Assembly (NCBI RefSeq): GCF_964355755.1
Contig: NC_092677.1
Span: 20,792,101-20,856,100 of the forward strand
Source of the DNA: Antedon mediterranea
Taxonomy: Eukaryota; Animalia; Echinodermata
Length of the DNA: 64,000 bases
Direction: 5' to 3'
The notes under the pieces are model-generated. The model saw nothing but the letters and a program-made list of their open reading frames with translations. It had not been told where the DNA came from and did not search any database. The position numbers and the translations under genes were made by a program. Positions 12,050-24,800 of the stretch are shown here, one piece after another; position 1 is the first letter of the stretch, and each line of letters opens with the position of its first letter.

Positions 12050-15000
12050 TTCAAATCGCATTTGGAGACGTTTTAAACCATTTTGTTCATTTCGATGAAA
12101 CTTGGTTACACAAAAACATCAAAGAGCACAAAAGTATTTAAAAACGTTTTAGACCATTTTGAGCATTCCGACAAAACTTTTTCACACAAAACATCAAAGT
12201 GTACAGAATAGCTTTAAATCGCATTTGGAGACGTTTTAGACCATTTTGTAGTTTTCGAAAAAACTTGTTAACATAAAAACACAAAAGAGCTTCAAATCGC
12301 ATTTGGAGACGTTTTAGACCCTTTTGTGCATTTCGATGAAACTAGGTTACACAAAAACATCAAAGTGCTTAAAATCACATTAGAAACCGTTTTAGACCAT
12401 TTTGAGCATTTCGTTAAAACTTTTCACACAAAAACATCAAAGTCCACAAAATAGCTTAATATCGTATTCAAAAACGTTTTAGACCATTTTGAGCATTTCG
12501 AAAAAACTTTTTCACACAAAACATCAAAGTTTACAAAATAGCTTCAAATCGCATTTGGAGACGTTTTAGACCATTTTGTGATTTTCGAAAAAACTTGTTA
12601 ACATAAAAACACCAAAGTGCTCAGAATACCTTCAAATCGCATTTTGAGACGTTTTAGACCATTTTGTGATTTTCAAAAAAACAACATAAAAACACCAAAG
12701 TGCTCAGAATACCTTCAAATCGCATTTGGAGACGTTTTAGACCATTTTGTGATTTTGGAAAAAACTTGTTAACATAAAAACACCAAAGTGCTCAGAATAC
12801 CTTCAAATCGTATTTTGAGACGTTTTAGACAATTTTGTGATTTTCGAAAAAACTTGTTAACATAAAAACACCAAAGTGCTTAGAAAAGCTTCAAATCGCA
12901 TTTGGAGACGTTTTAGAACATTTTGTGCATTTCGATGAAACTTGGTTACACAAAAACATCAAAGTGTACAGAATAGCTTCAAATCGCATTAGAAACCGTT
13001 TTAGACCATTTTGAGCATTTCGAAAAAACTTTTTCACACAAAACATCAAAGTGTACAAAATAGCTTCAAATCGCATTTGGAGACGTTTTAGACAATTTTG
13101 TGATTTTCGAAAAAACTTGTTTACATAAAAACACCAAAGTGCTCAGAATAGCTTCCAATCGCATTTGGAGACGTTTTAGACCCTTTTGTGCATTTCGATG
13201 AAACTTGGTTACACAAAAACATCAAAGTGCTTAAAATCACAGTAGAAACCGTTTTAGACCATTTTGAGCATTTCGTTAAAATTTTTCACAGAAAAACATC
13301 AAAGAGCAAAAAATAGCTTAATATCGTATTTAAAAACGTTTTAGACCATTTTGAGCATTTCGACAAAACTTTTTCACACAAAACATCAAAGTATACAGAT
13401 AAGCTTCAAATCGCATTTGGAGACGTTTTAAACCATTTTGAGCATTTCGATAAAATTTTACACACAAAAACATCAAAGTGCACAAAATAGCTTAATATGG
13501 TATTTAAAAACGTTTTAGACCATTTTGAGCATTTCAACAAAACTTTTTCTCACAAAACATCAAAGTGTACAGAATAGCTTCAAATCGCATTTGGAGACGT
13601 TTTAGACCATTTTTTGCATTTCGATGAAACTTGGTTACACAAAAACATCAAAGTGCTTAAAATCACATTTTGAGCATTTCGTTAAAACTTTTCACACAAA
13701 AACATCAAAGTCCACAAAATAGCTTAATATCGTATTTAAAAACGTTTTAGACCATTTTGAGCATTTTCGAAAAAACTTGTTAACATAAAAACACCAAAGT
13801 GCTCAGAATACCTTCAAATCGTGTTTTGAGACGTTTTAGACCGTTTTGTAATTTTCGAAAAAACTTGTTAACATAAAAACACCAAAGTGCTCAGAATACC
13901 TTCACATCGCATTTTGAGACGTTTTAGACCATTTTGTGATTTTCGAAAAAACTTGTTAACATAAAAACACCAAAGTGCTTAGAAAAGCTTGAAATCGCAT
14001 TTGGAGACGTTTTAGACCATTTTGTGCATTTCGATGAAACTTGGTTAAAGTGCTTAAAATCACATTTTGAGCATTTCGTTAAAACTTTTCACACAAAAAC
14101 ATCAAAGAGTAAAAAATAGCTTAATATCGTATTTAAAAACGTTTTAGACCATTTTGAGCATTTCGACAAAATTTTTTCACACAAAACATCAAAGTGTACA
14201 GAATAGCTTTAAATCGCATTTGGAGACGTTTTAGACCATTTTGTTCATTTCGATGAAACAAAAACACAAAAACATCAAATTGCACAAAATGGCTTAATAT
14301 GATATGGGAAAACGTTTTAGACCATTTTGAACATTTCGTTAAAAGTTTTCACAAAAAAACATCAAAGTCCACAAAATAGCTTAATATCGTATTTAAAAAC
14401 GTTTTAGACCATTTTGAGCATTTCGAAAAAACTTTTTCACACAAAACATCAAAGTTTACAAAATAGCTTCAAATCGCATTTGGAGACGTTTTAGACCATT
14501 TTGTGATTTTCGAAAAAACTTGTTAACATAAAAACACCAAAGTGCTCAGAATACCTTCAAATCGCATTTTGAGACGTTTTAGACCATTTTGTGATTTTCG
14601 AAACAACTTGTTAACATAAAAACACCAAAGTGCTCAGAATACCTTCAAATCGTGTTTTGAGACGTTTTAGACCATTTTGTGATTTTGGAAAAACTTGTTA
14701 ACATAAAAACACCAAAGTGCTCAGAATACCTTCAAATCGCATTTGGAGACGTTTTAGACCATTTTGTGATTTTCGAAAAAACTTGTTAACATAAAAACAC
14801 CAAAGTGCTCAGAAAAGCTTCAAATCGCAATTGGAGACGTTTTAAACCATTTTGTTCATTTCGATGAAACTTGGTTACACAAAAACATCAAATTGCACAA
14901 AATGGCTTAATATGGTATGGGAAAACGTTTTAGACCATTTTGAACATTTCGAGAAAACTTTTTCACACAAAACTTCAAAGTGTACAGAATAGTTTCAAAT

Positions 15001-18000
15001 CGCATTAGAAACCGTTTTAGACCATTTTGAGCATTTCGAAAAAAACTTTTTCACACAAAACATCAAAGTTTACAAAATAGCTTCAAATCGCATTTGGAGA
15101 CGTTTTAGACCATTTTGTGATTTTCGAAAAAACTTGTTAACATAAAAACACCAAAGTGCTCAGAATACCTTCAAATCGCATTTTGAGACGTTTTAGACCA
15201 TTTTGTGATTTTCGAAAAAACTTGTTAACATAAAAATACCAAAGTGCTCAGAATACCTTCAAATCGTGTTTTGAGACGTTTTAGACCATTTTGTGATTTT
15301 CGAAAAAACTTGTTAACATAAAAACACCAAAGTGCTCAGAATACCTTCAAATTGCATTTGGAGACGTTTTAGACCATTTTGTGATTTTCGAAAAAACTTG
15401 TTAACATAAAAACACCAAAGTGCTCAGAATACCTTCAAATCGCATTTGGAGACGTTTTAGACCATTTTGTGATTTTCGAAAAAACTTGTTAACATAAAAA
15501 CACCAAAGTGCTCAGAAAAGCTTCAAATCGCAATTGGAGACGTTTTAAACCATTTTGTTCATTTCGATGAAACTTGGTTACACAAAAACATCAAATTGCA
15601 CAAAATGGCTTAATATGGTATGGGAAAACGTTTTAGACCATTTTGAACATTTCGAGAAAACTTTTTCACACAAAACTTCAAAGTGTACAGAATAGCTTCA
15701 AATCGCATTAGAAACCGTTTTAGACCATTTTGAGCATTTCGAAAAAAACTTTTTCACACAAAACATCAAAGTTTACAAAATAGCTTCAAATCGCATTTGG
15801 AGACGTTTTAGACCATTTTGTGATTTTCGAAAAAAACTTGTTAACATAAAAACACCAAAGTGCTCAGAATACCTTCAAATCGCATTTTAAGACGTTTTAG
15901 ACCATTTTGTGATTTTCGAAAAAACTTGTTAACATAAAAATACCAAAGTGCTCAGAATACCTTCAAATCGTGTTTTGAGACGTTTTAGACCATTTTGTGA
16001 TTTTCGAAAAAACTTGTTAACATAAAAACACCAAAGTGCTCAGAATACCTTCAAATCGCATTTGGAGACGTTTTAGACCATTTTGTGATTTTCGAAAAAA
16101 CTTGTTAACATAAAAACACCAAAGTGCTCAGAAAAGCTTCAAATCGCATTTGGAGACGTTTTAAACCATTTTGTTCATTTCGATGAAACTTGGTTACACA
16201 AAAACATCAAAGAGCACAAAAGTATTTAAAAACGTTTTAGACCATTTTGAGCATTCCGACAAAACTTTTTCACACAAAACATCAAAGTGCTCAGAATACC
16301 TTCAAATCGCATTTGGAGACGTTTTAGACCATTTTGTGATTTTCGAAAAAACTTGTTAACATAAAAACACCAAAGTGCTCAGAATACCTTCAAATCGCAT
16401 TTGGAGACGTTTTAGACCATTTTGTGATTTTCGAAAAAACTTGTTAACATAAAAACACCAAAGTGCTCAGAAAAGCTTCAAATCGCAATTGGAGAGGTTT
16501 TAAACCATTTTGTTCATTTCGATGAAACTTGGTTACACAAAAACATCAAATTGCACAAAATGGCTTAATATGGTATGGGAAAACGTTTTAGACCATTTTG
16601 AACATTTCGAGAAAACTTTTTCACACAAAACTTCAAAGTGTACAGAATAGCTTCAAATCGCATTAGAAACCGTTTTAGACCATTTTGAGCATTTCGAAAA
16701 AAACTTTTTCACACAAAACATCAAAGTTTACAAAATAGCTTCAAATCGCATTTGGAGACGTTTTAGACCATTTTGTGATTTTCGAAAAAAACTTGTTAAC
16801 ATAAAAACACCAAAGTGCTCAGAATACCTTCAAATCGCATTTTGAGACGTTTTAGACCATTTTGTGATTTTCGAAAAAACTTGTTAACATAAAAATACCA
16901 AAGTGCTCAGAATACCTTCAAATCGCATTTGGAGACGTTTTAGACCATTTTGTGATTTTCGAAAAAACTTGTTAACATAAAAACACCAAAGTGCTCAGAA
17001 AAGCTTCAAATCGCAATTGGAGACGTTTTAAACCATTTTGTTCATTTCGATGAAACTTGGTTACACAAAAACATCAAATTGCACAAAATGGCTTAATATG
17101 GTATGGGAAAACGTTTTAGACCATTTTGAACATTTCGAGAAAACTTTTTCACACAAAACTTCAAAGTGTACAGAATAGCTTCAAATCGCATTAGAAACCG
17201 TTTTAGACCATTTTGAGCATTTCGAAAAAAACTTTTTCACACAAAACATCAAAGTTTACAAAATAGCTTCAAATCGCATTTGGAGACGTTTTAGACCATT
17301 TTGTGATTTTCGAAAAAAACTTGTTAACATAAAAACACCAAAGTGCTCAGAATACCTTCAAATCGCATTTTGAGACGTTTTAGACCATTTTGTGATTTTC
17401 GAAAAAACTTGTTAACATAAAAATACCAAAGTGCTCAGAATACCTTCAAATCGTGTTTTGAGACGTTTTAGACCATTTTGTGATTTACGAAAAAACTTGT
17501 TAACATAAAAACACCAAAGTGCTCAGAATACCTTCAAATCGCATTTGGAGACGTTTTAGACCATTTTGTGATTTTCGAAAAAACTTGTTAACATAAAAAC
17601 ACCAAACACCAATAAAAACATCAAATGCGATTTGAAAAGCTTCAAATCGCATTTGGAGACGTTTTAAACCATTTTGTTCATTTCGATGAAACTTGGTTAC
17701 ACAAAAACATCAAAGAGCACAAAAGTATTTAAAAACGTTTTAGACCATTTTGAGCATTCCGACAAAACTTTTTCACACAAAACATCAAAGTGTACAGAAT
17801 AGCTTTAAATCGCATTTGGAGACGTTTTAGACCATTTTGTAGTTTTCGAAAAAACTTGTTAACATAAAAACACAAAAGAGCTTCAAATCGCATTTGGAGA
17901 CGTTTTAGACCCTTTTGTGCATTTCGATGAAACTAGGTTACACAAAAACATCAAAGTGCTTAAAATCACATTAGAAACCGTTTTAGACCATTTTGAGCAT

Positions 18001-21000
18001 TTCGTTAAAACTTTTCACACGAAAACATCAAAGTCCACAAAATAGCTTAATATCGTATTCAAAAACGTTTTAGACCATTTTGAGCATTTCGAAAAAACTT
18101 TTTCACACAAAACATCAAAGTTTACAAAATAGCTTCAAATCGCATTTGGAGACGTTTTAGACCATTTTGTGATTTTCGAAAAAACTTGTTAACATAAAAA
18201 CACCAAAGTGCTCAGAATACCTTCAAATCGCATTTTGAGACGTTTTAGACCATTTTGTGATTTTCAAAAAAACAACATAAAAACACCAAAGTGCTCAGAA
18301 TACCTTCAAATCGCATTTGGAGACGTTTTAGACCATTTTGTGATTTTGGAAAAAACTTGTTAACATAAAAACACCAAAGTGCTCAGAATACCTTCAAATC
18401 GTATTTTGAGACGTTTTAGACAATTTTGTGATTTTCGAAAAAACTTGTTAACATAAAAACACCAAAGTGCTTAGAAAAGCTTCAAATCGCATTTGGAGAC
18501 GTTTTAGACCATTTTGTGCATTTCGATGAAACTTGGTTACACAAAAACATCAAAGTGTTCAGAATAGCTTCAAATCGCATTAGAAACCGTTTTAGACCAT
18601 TTTGAGCATTTCGAAAAAACTTTTTCACACAAAACATCAAAGTGTACAAAATAGCTTCAAATCGCATTTGGAGACGTTTTAGACAATTTTGTGATTTTCG
18701 AAAAAACTTGTTTACATAAAAACACCAAAGTGCTCAGAATAGCTTCCAATCGCATTTGGAGACGTTTTAGACCCTTTTGTGCATTTCGATGAAACTTGGT
18801 TACACAAAAACATCAAAGTGCTTAAAATCACAGTAGAAACCGTTTTAGACCATTTTGAGCATTTCGTTAAAATTTTTCACAGAAAAACATCAAAGAGCAA
18901 AAAATAGCTTAATATCGTATTTAAAAACGTTTTAGACCATTTTGAGCATTTCGACAAAACTTTTTCACACAAAACATCAAAGTATACAGATAAGCTTCAA
19001 ATCGCATTTGGAGACGTTTTAAACCATTTTGAGCATTTCGATAAAATTTTACACACAAAAACATCAAAGTGCACAAAATAGCTTTATATGGTATTTAAAA
19101 ACGTTTTAGACCATTTTGAGCATTTCAACAAAACTTTTTCTCACAAAACATCAAAGTGTACAGAATAGCTTCAAATCGCATTTGGAGACGTTTTAGACCA
19201 TTTTGTGCATTTCGATGAAACTTGGTTACACAAAAACATCAAAGTGCTTAAAATCACATTTTGAGCATTTCGTTAAAACTTTTCACACAAAAACATCAAA
19301 GTCCACAAAATAGCTTAATATCGTATTTAAAAACGTTTTAGACCATTTTGAGCATTTTCGAAAAAACTTGTTAACATAAAAACACCAAAGTGCTCAGAAT
19401 ACCTTCAAATCGTGTTTTGAGACGTTTTAGACCGTTTTGTAATTTTCGAAAAAACTTGTTAACATAAAAACACCAAAGTGCTCAGAATACCTTCACATCG
19501 CATTTTGAGACGTTTTAGACCATTTTGTGATTTTCGAAAAAACTTGTTAACATAAAAACACCAAAGTGCTTAGAAAAGCTTGAAATCGCATTTGGAGACG
19601 TTTTAGACCATTTTGTGCATTTCGATGAAACTTGGTTAAAGTGCTTAAAATCACATTTTGAGCATTTCGTTAAAACTTTTCACACAAAAACATCAAAGAG
19701 TAAAAAATAGCTTAATATCGTATTTAAAAACGTTTTAGACCATTTTGAGCATTTCGACAAAATTTTTTCACACAAAACATCAAAGTGTACAGAATAGCTT
19801 TAAATCGCATATGGAGACGTTTTAGACCATTTTGTTCATTTCGATGAAACAAAAACACAAAAACATCAAATTGCACAAAATGGCTTAATATGATATGGGA
19901 AAACGTTTTAGACCATTTTGAACATTTCGTTAAAAGTTTTCACAAAAAAACATCAAAGTCCACAAAATAGCTTAATATCGTATTTAAAAACGTTTTAGAC
20001 CATTTTGAGCATTTCGAAAAAACTTTTTCACACAAAACATCAAAGTTTACAAAATAGCTTCAAATCGCATTTGGAGACGTTTTAGACCATTTTGTGATTT
20101 TCGAAAAAACTTGTTAACATAAAAACACCAAAGTGCTCAGAATACCTTCAAATCGCATTTTGAGACATTTTAGACCATTTTGTGATTTACGAAACAACTT
20201 GTTAACATAAAAACACCAAAGTGCTCAGAATACCTTCAAATCGTGTTTTGAAACGTTTTAGACCATTTTGTGATTTTGGAAAAACTTGTTAACATAAAAA
20301 CACCAAAGTGCTCAGAATACCTTCAAATCGCATTTGGAGACGTTTTAGACCATTTTGTGATTTTCGAAAAAACTTGTTAACATAAAAACACCAAAGTGCT
20401 CAGAAAAGCTTCAAATCGCAATTGGAGACGTTTTAAACCATTTTGTTCATTTCGATGAAACTTGGTTACACAAAAACATCAAATTGCACAAAATGGCTTA
20501 ATATGGTATGGGAAAACGTTTTAGACCATTTTGAACATTTCGAGAAAACTTTTTCACACAAAACTTCAAAGTGTACAGAATAGTTTCAAATCGCATTAGA
20601 AACCGTTTTAGACCATTTTGAGCATTTCGAAAAAAACTTTTTCACACAAAACATCAAAGTTTACAAAATAGCTTCAAATCGCATTTGGAGACGTTTTAGA
20701 CCATTTTGTGATTTTCGAAAAAACTTGTTTACATAAAAACACCAAAGTGCTCAGAATACCTTCAAATCGCATTTTGAGACGTTTTAGACCATTTTGTGAT
20801 TTTCGAAAAAACTTGTTAACATAAAAATACCAAAGTGCTCAGAATACCTTCAAATCGTGTTTTGAGACGTTTTAGACCATTTTGTGATTTTCGAAAAAAC
20901 TTGTTAACATAAAAACACCAAAGTGCTCAGAATACCTTCAAATCGCATTTGGAGACGTTTTAGACCATTTTGTGATTTTCGAAAAAACTTGTTAACATAA

Positions 21001-21880
21001 AAACACCAAAGTGCTCAGAATACCTTCAAATCGCATTTGGAGACGTTTTAGACCATTTTGTGATTTTCGAAAAAACTTGTTAACATAAAAACACCAAAGT
21101 GCTCAGAAAAGCTTCAAATCGCAATTGGAGACGTTTTAAACCATTTTGTTCATTTCGATGAAACTTGGTTACACAAAAACATCAAATTGCACAAAATGGC
21201 TTAATATGGTATGGGAAAACGTTTTAGACCATTTTGAACATTTCGAGAAAACTTTTTCAAACAAAACTTCAAAGTGTACAGAATAGCTTCAAATCGCACT
21301 AGAAACCGTTTTAGACCATTTTGAGCATTTCGAAAAAAACTTTTTCACACAAAACATCAAAGTTTACAAAATAGCTTCAAATCGCATTTGGAGACGTTTT
21401 AGACCATTTTGTGATTTTCGAAAAAAACTTGTTAACATAAAAACACCAAAGTGCTCAGAATACCTTCAAATCGCATTTTGAGACGTTTTAGACCATTTTG
21501 TGATTTTCGAAAAAACTTGTTAACATAAAAATACCAAAGTGCTCAGAATACCTTCAAATCGTGTTTTGAGACGTTTTAGACCATTTTGTGATTTTCGAAA
21601 AAACTTGTTAACATAAAAACACCAAAGTGCTCAGAATACCTTCAAATCGCATTTGGAGACGTTTTAGACCATTTTGTGATTTTCGAAAAAACTTGTTAAC
21701 ATAAAAACACCAAAGTGCTCAGAAAAGCTTCAAATCGCATTTGGAGACGTTTTAAACCATTTTGTTCATTTCGATGAAACTTGGTTACACAAAAACATCA
21801 AAGAGCACAAAAGTATTTAAAAACGTTTTAGACCATTTTGAGCATTCCGACAAAACTTTTTCACACAAAACATCAAAGTG
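12050..21880. repeat. Higher-order duplication: about 12050-16290 repeated at about 17641-21880 (offset 5591)
   Basis: Shared variants: AACTAGG (12344/17935), GTATACAGATAAG, the chimeric GAGCATTTTCGAAAAAACTTG (13759/19350) and the 13-bp deletion (14041/19632). ORF-track copies lie at 12891 and 18482. Confidence 0.85.
17607..17655. other. Unique 27-bp templated insertion creating a perfect 15-bp inverted repeat with a 4-nt loop
   Basis: CAAATGCGATTTGAA (17622-17636) is the exact reverse complement of TTCAAATCGCATTTG (17641-17655), with loop AAGC. This monomer is 108 bp (anchors 17552 and 17660). Confidence 0.9.
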
Positions 21881-24800
21881 TACAGAATAGCTTTAAATCG
21901 CATTTGGAGACGTTTTAGACCATTTTGTAGTTTTCGAAAAAACTTGTTAACATAAAAACACAAAAGAGCTTCAAATCGCATTTGGAGACGTTTTAGACCC
22001 TTTTGTGCATTTCGATGAAACTTGGTTACACAAAAACATCAAAGTGCTTAAAATCACATTAGAAACCGTTTTAGACCATTTTGAGCATTTCGTTAAAACT
22101 TTTCACACAAAAACATCAAAGTCCACAAAATAGCTTAATATCGTTTTCAAAAACGTTTTAGACCATTTTGAGCATTTCGAAAAAACTTTTTCACACAAAA
22201 CATCAAAGTTTACAAAATAGCTTCAAATCGCATTTGGAGACGTTTTAGACCATTTTGTGATTTTCGAAAAAACTTGTTAACATAAAAACACCAAAGTGCT
22301 CAGAATACCTTCAAATCGTATTTTGAGACGTTTTAGACAATTTTGTGATTTTCGAAAAAACTTGTTAACATAAAAACACCAAAGTGCTTAGAAAAGCTTC
22401 AAATCGCATTTGGAGACGTTTTAGACCATTTTGTGCATTTCGATGAAACTTGGTTACACAAAAACATCAAAGTGTTTAAAATCACATTTTGAGCATTTCG
22501 TTAAAACTTTTCACACAAAAACATCAAAGAGCAAAAAATAGCTTAATATCGTATTTAAAAACGTTTTAGACAATTTTGAGCATTTCGACAAAACTTTTTC
22601 ACACAAAACATCAAAGTGTACAAAATAGCTTCAAATCGCATTTGGAGACGTTTTAGACCATTTTGTGATTTTCGAAAAAACAACATAAAAACACCAAAGT
22701 GCTCAGAATACCTTCAAATCGCATTTGGAGACGTTTTAGACCATTTTGTGATTTTGGAAAAAACTTGTTAACATAAAAACACCAAAGTGCTCAGAATACC
22801 TTCAAATCGTATTTTGAGACGTTTTAGACAATTTTGTGATTTTCGAAAAAACTTGTTAACATAAAAACACCAAAGTGCTTAGAAAAGCTTCAAATCGCAT
22901 TTGGAGACGTTTTAGACCATTTTGTGCATTTTGATGAAACTTGGTTACACAAAAACATCAAAGTGTACAGAATAGCTTCAAATCGCATTAGAAACCGTTT
23001 TAGACCATTTTGAGCATTTCGAAAAAACTTTTTCACACAAAACATCAAAGTGTACAAAATAGCTTCAAATCGCATTTGGAGACGTTTTAGACAATTTTGT
23101 GATTTTCGAAAAAACTTGTTTACATAAAAACACCAAAGTGCTCAGAATAGCTTCCAATCGCATTTGGAGACGTTTTAGACCCTTTTGTGCATTTCGATGA
23201 AACTTGGTTACACAAAAACATCAAAGTGCTTAAAATCACAGTAGAAACCGTTTTAGACCATTTTGAGCATTTTGTTAAAATTTTTCACAGAAAAACATCA
23301 AAGAGCAAAAAATAGCTTAATATCGTATTTAAAAACGTTTTAGACCATTTTGAGCATTTCGACAAAACTTTTTCACACAAAACATCAAAGTGTACAGATA
23401 AGCTTCAAATCGCATTTGGAGACGTTTTAAACCATTTTGAGCATTTCGATAAAATTTTACACACAAAAACATCAAAGTGCACAAAATAGCTTAATATGGT
23501 ATTTAAAAACGTTTTAGACCATTTTGAGCATTTCAACAAAACTTTTTCTCACAAAACATCAAAGTGTACAGAATAGCTTCAAATCGCATTTGGAGACGTT
23601 TTAGACCATTTTGTGCATTTCGATGAAACTTGGTTACACAAAAACATCAAAGTGCTTAAAATCACATTTTGAGCATTTCGTTAAAACTTTTCACACAAAA
23701 ACATCAAAGTCCACAAAATAGCTTAATATCGTATTTAAAAACGTTTTAGACCATTTTGAGCATTTCGAAAAAACTTTTTCACACAAAACATCAAAGTTTA
23801 CAAAATAGCTTCAAATCGCATTTGGAGACGTTTTAGACCATTTTGTGATTTTCGAAAAAACTTGTTAACATAAAAACACCAAAGTGCTCAGAATACCTTC
23901 AAATCGCATTTGGAGACGTTTTAGACCATTTTGTGATTTTCGAAAAAACTTGTTAACATAAAAACACCAAAGTGCTTAGAAAAGCTTCAAATCGCATTTG
24001 GAGACGTTTTAGACCATTTTGTGCATTTCGATGAAACTTGGTTACACAAAAACATCAAAGTGTTTAAAATCACATTTTGAGCATTTCGTTAAAACTTTTC
24101 ACACAAAAACATCAAAGAGCAAAAAATAGCTTAATATCGTATTTAAAAACGTTTTAGACCATTTTGAGCATTTCGACAAAACTTTTTCACACAAAACATC
24201 AAAGTGTACAAAATAGCTTCAAATCGCATTTGGAGACGTTTTAGACCATTTTGTGATTTTCGAAAAAACAACATAAAAACACCAAAGTGCTCAGAATACC
24301 TTCAAATCGCATTTGGAGACGTTTTAGACCATTTTGTGATTTTGGAAAAAACTTGTTAACATAAAAACACCAAAGTGCTCAGAATACCTTCAAATCGTGT
24401 TTTGAGACGTTTTAGACCATTTTGTGATTTTCGAAAAAACTTGTTAACATAAAAACACCAAAGTGCTCAGAATACCTTCAAATCGCATTTGGAGACGTTT
24501 TAGACCATTTTGTGATTTTCGAAAAAACTTGTTAACATAAAAACACCAAAGTGCTCAGAAAAGCTTCAAATCGCATTTGGAGACGTTTTAAACCATTTTG
24601 TTCATTTCGATGAAACTTGGTTACACAAAAACATCAAAGAGCACAAAAGTATTTAAAAACGTTTTAGACCATTTTGAGCATTCCGACAAAACTTTTTCAC
24701 ACAAAACATCAAAGTGTACAGAATAGCTTTAAATCGCATTTGGAGACGTTTTAGACCATTTTGTAGTTTTCGAAAAAACTTGTTAACATAAAAACACAAA

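Noticed and set aside
11300-21430. Single-base length changes in A homopolymers (GAAAAAAAC, GGAAAAAC) as separate events
   Set aside because: These are ordinary slippage or sequencing error. Some are shared between paralogs and so are probably real, but they carry no independent signal.
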